Source: Candidatus Poribacteria bacterium (GTDB taxonomy: Bacteria > Poribacteria > WGA-4E > PCPOR2b). From it: a stretch of DNA of 64,000 nucleotides. The DNA is taken from contig OZ244587.1 of NCBI GenBank assembly GCA_965218095.1, forward strand, positions 2,208,001 to 2,272,000, given 5' to 3'. Below, one piece after another: positions 58,488 to 64,000 of the stretch. The notes beneath the pieces were generated by a model, which ran no database searches, was not told where the DNA came from, and saw only the letters and a list, made by a program, of their open reading frames with translations. Numbering within the stretch: the stretch's first letter is position 1; each line of letters begins with the position of its first letter. A program made the position numbers and the translations under genes.

Positions 58488-58760
58488 TCAATCGTGATCT
58501 GCCTTAAGCGCGGCGATTGGTTCATCTTCACTATCGAAATGCCCAAGCGTGCTGATTAATCGGCTCCTGATAATGAGGTTCTTGATGTTATCGCCAACGT
58601 TGATGACAGCAAGCTGTCCGCCTCTGCGTGTAATCAATGTGTGTGCTGCCATTAAGGTGCCGAGCCCCGAACTGCCCATTATTGAGACCTCAGCAAAATC
58701 AACTAAAAGTTGGGGGATTCCAGAAACATTAGCAACATTGGTAAGTTGCTCATCTAGATT
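58488..58760 (-). pseudogene. STAS domain anti-sigma-factor antagonist, 5'-truncated
   Basis: LLVDFAEVSIMGSSGLGTL...GGQLAVINV; DSSG degenerate to GSSG; N-terminal strand missing. Confidence 0.65.
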
Positions 58761-58765
58761 TTCTC

Positions 58766-59102
58766 CTATCTTGACTTGTCCCCATTTTTGAGTTCTCCCC
58801 ATGTCAAAGGCCATTTTCCCGCCGGAGAAACAAACTGTCCAGTGTCAGGTCCCCAAATCGCGGCTTCTGCATCTCTAGCGGGATGATTTGTCAGGTTGCG
58901 GAGATTTCCTCCGTCTTTATCCATGAACTCATGTACGAAACGTAGGTGTTAAAAAAGATGCTATTTTCAGTTCCGCTTGCCGGCTTTGAGACCCAGGCTA
59001 CCCAAGCTGGTTGGGTGAATTATCGCAGGCTGCAAGCACAGCGAGGTACACCCCCATTGTTAGCAGGGAGATTATCAGGAAGCAGACAAATTTCTTACGC
59101 AT
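58766..59102 (-). pseudogene. Internally deleted secreted TolB/PD40-like protein with Poribacteria-type C-terminal motif
   Basis: AGGAG RBS + MRKKFVCFLIISLLTMGVYLAVLA signal peptide, an in-frame TAG, then (58766-58924) MDKDGGNLRNLTNHPARD....W.P...VSPAGKWPLTWGELK. Confidence 0.6.
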
Positions 59103-59209
59103 TTTGTTAATCTCCTTTTTTTGGCAATGTTAAGAAGGGAAATGTCCACTCCTCAAACTTCGGGTATTACTACAAGTAGCATGGTTCATTTTTCCCCAAT
59201 TTAACCTCC

Positions 59210-60148
59210 TCAAGGTCTAAAAGGTTCTCCCGTCCGGTGCAGTTCTTTGGTGATGGCAAGTTGACAGGTCACATAAGAACCATCCCGTTGGTATCCACGG
59301 CGATTCAAGGTGCCGGCGGCATACCCTGGTCGGGCGTCACCAATGGTCCCAACAATAAGGTTGGCGTGCTCAGCTGTGGTATCGTAGCGGTCGGCGAGCA
59401 GCCCTACCATGTTAGCCCAGGCGATTTTCAGCGCCTCTTCCCACGTAGCTCCCTTGCCAGAGGTGAGGATTTCATCGGGGGCCTCTACCACCCTAGTGGT
59501 CTCTACCACTGGATTGCCGGTCGGAAAGCCGGGCGAACGGTTCACCTTCAGGGTGATAGCAGAGTCGATTTCAACCCCGGTACCGGTCAACTCTCCGTCC
59601 CCCATCCGGGCGTGGACATCACCTAACGAAAGGTATCCTCCAGGTTTTTGGGCGTGGATGTGCAGGGTGCTGCCGGGTTGGACGGAATTGAAGTCCATAT
59701 TGCCGCCCAGGTCCAGGGCGCCGGCATGCGGGGCTACCGGTTCCAACTGAACGACCCCAATCATTGGTCTTATCGGCACGACAAAGTCCGGGGGAAAATA
59801 GATTAGCCCGTCGCGCACAGGAGCGATCAAGCGCACACTACCCCAGAAAGGCCCCCCGTTACGGTAAAAGCCGTAGGTCCCCACCTCGATGTCAATAATT
59901 TCTATCGCAACCCAATCGCCGGGCTCGATACCTTCGATCAGCAATGGACCTCCGGGACGGGACCCGCGTGGCGTCGTGATGTCCAAGGGTATACCCGGCT
60001 TGAGCTCACCGGTCAGGCTGATGTCCTGGTCGTGCCCGCCTACGGTTTCAATAACGACGGTCTCACCCAGTTTTAGCGTGCCTCTGACTTTGCCACGTTC
60101 CAGATCGTCTAGTCCAGTATAGCAGGGGGTTCGAGTGAAGCGTCGCAT
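59210..60148 (-). CDS. Acetamidase/formamidase family protein
   Basis: GP..IEGIEPGD, PMIGV, GGNMD, GDVHARMGDGE..GTGVE. Confidence 0.88.
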   Translation of the reverse strand: MRRFTRTPCYTGLDDLERGKVRGTLKLGETVVIETVGGHDQDISLTGELKPGIPLDITTPRGSRPGGPLLIEGIEPGDWVAIEIIDIEVGTYGFYRNGGPFWGSVRLIAPVRDGLIYFPPDFVVPIRPMIGVVQLEPVAPHAGALDLGGNMDFNSVQPGSTLHIHAQKPGGYLSLGDVHARMGDGELTGTGVEIDSAITLKVNRSPGFPTGNPVVETTRVVEAPDEILTSGKGATWEEALKIAWANMVGLLADRYDTTAEHANLIVGTIGDARPGYAAGTLNRRGYQRDGSYVTCQLAITKELHRTGEPFRP

Positions 60149-60214
60149 AGCCTTTTACCTCCTTTATGGCTTGTTATACTGATTTTGGATTGAAACTTAA
60201 TTTTGTCCGTTTAC

Positions 60215-61006
60215 TTATTTCCGCGTTTCTATGGTCAAATCGTCACTCGCTATCGTAGGGCACCAGAACTTTTCAATGTAACCAATGATGAGTCGCGTTC
60301 CTTCCTCGTGACTCACGTACGGTGGTTTGAACGGATTGTACATCGCGTCCGTGAGATCCCTCATCAACACCACATTGAACTGCTGTCGAACCATAGCCTT
60401 GATAGCAAAAGGTCTACGCAGGATGCACATATTGGTGTGGACCCCCATGTAGATTAAATTCTTGATGCCTTTTTGCACGAGGATGTTATAGACCTCTTGA
60501 CCGCTGTCGCTGATGGCATCTCCATCTTTGATCTCGATCGCCGGATGCTGACGATCCCATGCTTTGAATGTGTTTTCTTCACCCGTGTCTGAACCGCCAT
60601 CTGACGCATCAACCGGCTGGGGTGGATCTGGATGCTCAATAGGTTCGGGCATCTCGGCATGTGGTACATTGAGTACCCAAGATCTCGCCGGGTGTCCTTC
60701 GTAAAAATCCATTGTACCTGACGGCGCATGAATAATCTGTATTCCTTGATGTCTGGCAGCGTTGATCACGATATTCATTCGGGGGGCCATGAGATTAACA
60801 CGCTCTGTCGCTCCCCAGGACCAGTGCTTGTTCCACATATCTACGACAATGACTGCTGTTTCTGATGGGCGCCAGACGACTTCCTCTTCAACAACCCGCC
60901 ATCCGTTGCGTCCGGTTGTTTTGGGTGCCTGCCGAAGGGGCGTCAACCATAATTCTTCAACACCAGTGGACTCGTTTGAACCGATAAGTGGAATGGCGAA
61001 TATCAT
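60215..61006 (-). CDS. Isochorismatase-family cysteine hydrolase
   Basis: TAVIVVDMWNKHW, IHAPS, MGVHTNMC, RDLTDAMY. Confidence 0.82.
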   Translation of the reverse strand: MIFAIPLIGSNESTGVEELWLTPLRQAPKTTGRNGWRVVEEEVVWRPSETAVIVVDMWNKHWSWGATERVNLMAPRMNIVINAARHQGIQIIHAPSGTMDFYEGHPARSWVLNVPHAEMPEPIEHPDPPQPVDASDGGSDTGEENTFKAWDRQHPAIEIKDGDAISDSGQEVYNILVQKGIKNLIYMGVHTNMCILRRPFAIKAMVRQQFNVVLMRDLTDAMYNPFKPPYVSHEEGTRLIIGYIEKFWCPTIASDDLTIETRK

Positions 61007-61090
61007 TGTATTTCTCCTTGTTTTGGGGATGATTCAACTTCAAGACGGTTTAACTTATCGGGCAAAATGACGTTTTCTTTCGTGATTTTA

Positions 61091-62245
61091 TTAGAAGAGT
61101 TCATACTTCAGCAACCGACACTCAATCGGGCCATTATACAGCGTAAACCGCCTGGCAGTGCGTAGACCGATAAATTTCGCCAGTTTCAGATTGCCGGTGA
61201 AGAGGTAAGCCGTATAACCGGTGCATCGCTGTTTAAGCACATTGCCAAAACCTTTGTACAGAGATTTGAGTTCCTCCAATTTCCCTGTCCGTTCACCGTA
61301 GGGCAGATTGCAAACGACCATCCCTCTATTTCCACGCGGACTCAGATTCAGCGCGTCGCCTCTCGCAAAACGGATGTGTTTTCCCATCCCCGCCATTTTG
61401 GCATTCTGTGATGCAATTTCAATTGCCTGCCTTGAAATGTCGTATCCAAGCAGCCGCCCCGGGATTTTTTCACGAATCCCATCCAGCGCTTCATCAACCA
61501 GACGTTGCCACACCGTTCGATCAAATCCAGGCCACCGCTGAAATCCGAAGCCAGTCCGTCCGGAAGTTGTGCTGCAGCATCTTAAGAGTCCGGGTGCGTA
61601 ATTTATCGCTTTCAGCGCCGCTTCAATCAAGATTGTCCCTGAACCGCACATCGGATCAATAAACATCCCCTCATTATCCCACCCACCCAACTCTACAATG
61701 GCCGCGGCTAAGGTTTCTCGGAGAGGGGTGTCCGTTGCCTGACAACGGTATCCCCGCAAATGTAATCGATCGCCAGAAGCGTCAAGACTAAGCACGCACC
61801 AATCTTTCACGGTGTGAGCGTTAATCCGGAGATCGGGATTCCGTAGGTCTACGTTTGGGCGGCTTCCTGTCTTATCTCGAAACTGATCGACAATCGCATC
61901 TTTGATCTTCAGCGCGGCGTAATGGGCGTGAGAAATCTGCGAATCGCGGCAGGTGCAATCAACGGCGAGTGTCTGCCCAAGCGTCATCCAATCGCTCCAG
62001 CGAATTTGGCGGACGTTTTCATATAGAGATTGTGGCGTGGGAGAGGGAAATTCCGCAATCGGCATCAAAACACGATTCGCGGTTCGCAGCCAGAGATTCG
62101 CTCGATAAAGGGTTTCCATCGCTCCTTCAAAATGGACGCCGGCGGTGGTGAGCTGAATGTTCTGTGCATGAATTGCCGCCAACTCTTTTGCGACAAGGGG
62201 TTCAGTACCTTTGGCGGTTGTTGCAAAGAAGCGAGCGTTGGGCAT
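61091..62245 (-). CDS. THUMP-domain rRNA m2G methyltransferase (RlmL-like)
   Basis: ANLWLRTANRV, KDAIVD, LH.RGYR, PLRETLAA, DPMCGSGT, NLPYGER, LYNG.IEC. Confidence 0.9.
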   Translation of the reverse strand: MPNARFFATTAKGTEPLVAKELAAIHAQNIQLTTAGVHFEGAMETLYRANLWLRTANRVLMPIAEFPSPTPQSLYENVRQIRWSDWMTLGQTLAVDCTCRDSQISHAHYAALKIKDAIVDQFRDKTGSRPNVDLRNPDLRINAHTVKDWCVLSLDASGDRLHLRGYRCQATDTPLRETLAAAIVELGGWDNEGMFIDPMCGSGTILIEAALKAINYAPGLLRCCSTTSGRTGFGFQRWPGFDRTVWQRLVDEALDGIREKIPGRLLGYDISRQAIEIASQNAKMAGMGKHIRFARGDALNLSPRGNRGMVVCNLPYGERTGKLEELKSLYKGFGNVLKQRCTGYTAYLFTGNLKLAKFIGLRTARRFTLYNGPIECRLLKYELF

Positions 62246-62296
62246 TTTCGACTACCATCATGAATAACGGCCGATGATTACTCAATGGGGATGGTG

Positions 62297-62532
62297 TATT
62301 ATCACTAAACCTTTGACAAATCTGCGCCGTGACTTTCTCGTGCTATGAAAAGGAAAAAATGAAACTCCGATAGATCGCAGCAGAGCCTGGTCTCGCATAG
62401 CGGACTTCGATTCTCGGACTTCGGAACGGAGCTGCGATGCGTGAAACATGAAGCCTCTGACGCAATACACAGTACGCAATACGTTCTCGGCTGATGAAAA
62501 CAGTGCCGCCGGATTTTCTTTGAGTGATAGTA
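62297..62532. mobile_element. ~235-bp MITE-like repeat, copy 2 (inverted relative to copy 1)
   Basis: TIR TATTATCACTAAA / TTGAGTGATAGTA; homologous to 14625-14846; also flanked by an outer IR ATGGGGATGGT / ACCATCCCCA. Confidence 0.85.
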
Positions 62533-62566
62533 TAGGAAAATGAACCATCCCCAATGCAAATTGGTA

Positions 62567-64000
62567 TCAATCTTCTCGCAGGTGTTGGACCAGATCGTTC
62601 CGTGTCACCGGTTGGTCAAGGTACATCAAATAGATATGGAAAAGATCGCTGCGATCGGAAACAAACACTAGCTTTGTCCCATCTGGCGAAAAAGCAGGTT
62701 GTATAGAGGCCCCGATCCCGTTGGTAATGCGTCGCTCATTTGACCCATCTGCGTCCATCATGTAGATTTCGATGTCGCCATCTCGGGCGGATACAAACGC
62801 GATTGTTTTCCCGTCGGGCGAAACCACGGGGCTGTGGCAGTCATAGGGATTGGGATTCAGATGTCGTTTATCGCTTCCATCAATGTTAATGGTAAAGATC
62901 TGACGCACCTCATTTCTGCGGCTTGCGGGCTCTTTCGACCACGACGACACGAACGCAATCCGTTTCCCATCAGGGAAGAAAGCCGGGCTACCGTCATCCA
63001 CTTCGTTGTGGGTGATGCGTTTGGGTTCAATTGTACTTAGATCTATGTTTTCCAGGTCGATGTCGCTCAGATCGAGCATGTACAACTCCAAATTTCCTGC
63101 GCTGTTGGCTTCATAAACGACGCGCTGCCGATCTGGTGATACACGCGGCGCACGCACACCAAACCCGACAGGCAAGAGCTCCTGCGTCACTTTGCTATAA
63201 ATATGGGTCGCATAAAAGCCTGTGTAGATCGGTGTGGATCCGCTGCTCTGGAGGATGAGTTGGGGTTCACGGGAAGTTCTCGGTTCACGACTATAAATCA
63301 GATAAAGCGGATCGATGAGAAATGACGGGGTGCCTTCATTAAAGTCTGCCGTGAACGTTACCCGTCGGCGAATCCGTCCGTTCAGATCCATCAGATAGAT
63401 CTCACCATTATCCAGTCGAAACGACGAAAAGGCAATCTGCGAACCATCAGGCGAGAAGACGGGTGAATAGTTATCTTTCTTCCCTTTCGTGAGTTGTACG
63501 ACCTTATACGCATCGCTGACCAGCCCAGCGATCTCCTGCAACATCGCATTGTCTGATGTGGATCGAATAATCACCCGCAGTTCATTGAATCCCTCTTTCC
63601 AATTGCCCAGCTTCAGATAGATTTTCGCCAGATTGAGCCGCGCCATCGCCCGGTCTTCGGGTTGAGCGGCATAAAGATTAATCGCTTTTTTCAACTGGTT
63701 AATTGCTTCATCGTAGCTCCCCAATGCCTCATAAGCCTGCCCAAGCATAACCCGCGCTCTGGGATTTCGCTCATCTGTCGCAATGAGCTCCTCTAGCAGG
63801 TTGATCGCTTCGGGATGCATGCCTGAACGGATCAGTTCTTCGCTGTGCTGGAGGGATTTGTCTTTTTCACTGCAACCGATGGCGAACACGACTAGTGTGA
63901 ACAGCAGAGTAAGACGTGGGATGTGAAGCCCCGATAGATCGGGGCAGAGCCTGGGCTCGCGTAGCGGACTCCGATTCTCGGACTCTCGGAACGGAGCTGT
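62567..64000 (-). CDS. TPR + PD40 (TolB-like) lipoprotein, 5' end probably beyond the window
   Basis: Lipobox AIGC; TPRs; repeated P.FSPDG..IAF.S...G..EIY.M. Frame is open to position 64000. Confidence 0.85.
   Translation of the reverse strand, partial: TAPFRESENRSPLREPRLCPDLSGLHIPRLTLLFTLVVFAIGCSEKDKSLQHSEELIRSGMHPEAINLLEELIATDERNPRARVMLGQAYEALGSYDEAINQLKKAINLYAAQPEDRAMARLNLAKIYLKLGNWKEGFNELRVIIRSTSDNAMLQEIAGLVSDAYKVVQLTKGKKDNYSPVFSPDGSQIAFSSFRLDNGEIYLMDLNGRIRRRVTFTADFNEGTPSFLIDPLYLIYSREPRTSREPQLILQSSGSTPIYTGFYATHIYSKVTQELLPVGFGVRAPRVSPDRQRVVYEANSAGNLELYMLDLSDIDLENIDLSTIEPKRITHNEVDDGSPAFFPDGKRIAFVSSWSKEPASRRNEVRQIFTINIDGSDKRHLNPNPYDCHSPVVSPDGKTIAFVSARDGDIEIYMMDADGSNERRITNGIGASIQPAFSPDGTKLVFVSDRSDLFHIYLMYLDQPVTRNDLVQHLRED
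63921..64000. repeat. Partial copy 3 of the MITE internal sequence
   Basis: CCCCGATAGATCGGGGCAGAGCCTGGGCTCGCGTAGCGGACTCCGATTCTCGGACTCTCGGAACGGAGCTG matches ~62365-62435. Confidence 0.8.

Overview
Bacterial chromosomal window, probably from Candidatus Poribacteria. This assignment is an inference from the UBact-proteasome operon, a remnant carrying the VSPxGKxxxTWGxxK C-terminal motif, Sel1/TPR/PD40 repeat proteins and GHL10-like hydrolases. From left to right it holds: the 3' part of a UBact-proteasome operon (dop, ubact, prcB, prcA, pafA); a disrupted tricorn protease; a junk zone (HindIII-like remnant, IS630 and IS5 relics); era; an atypical DnaA paralog; the ylxM-ffh-rpsP-khpA-ylqD-trmD-rplS-rnhB-yraN operon; assorted metabolic genes; an IS982 relic; an HNH-nuclease/Sel1-repeat fusion between an IS1595 relic and a methylase remnant; a likely selenocysteine heavy-metal-binding lipoprotein; an 11-heme cytochrome; a PorV-like barrel next to a T9SS-type CTD protein; tRNA-Leu(GAG); and a cluster of hydrolases. 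Several MITE/REP families and many pseudogenes are scattered throughout. The top novelty candidate is the selenoprotein (GMT-U-GAC with an fdhF-like SECIS; the ORF track truncates it at the TGA), which shares a symmetric bidirectional promoter with the multiheme cytochrome/TPR pair. Other candidates are the DnaA paralog with altered Arg-finger and DNA-recognition residues, the HNH-Sel1 protein, and a promoter-driven ~190-nt structured ncRNA candidate. All family calls come from motif recognition by eye; no searches were run.
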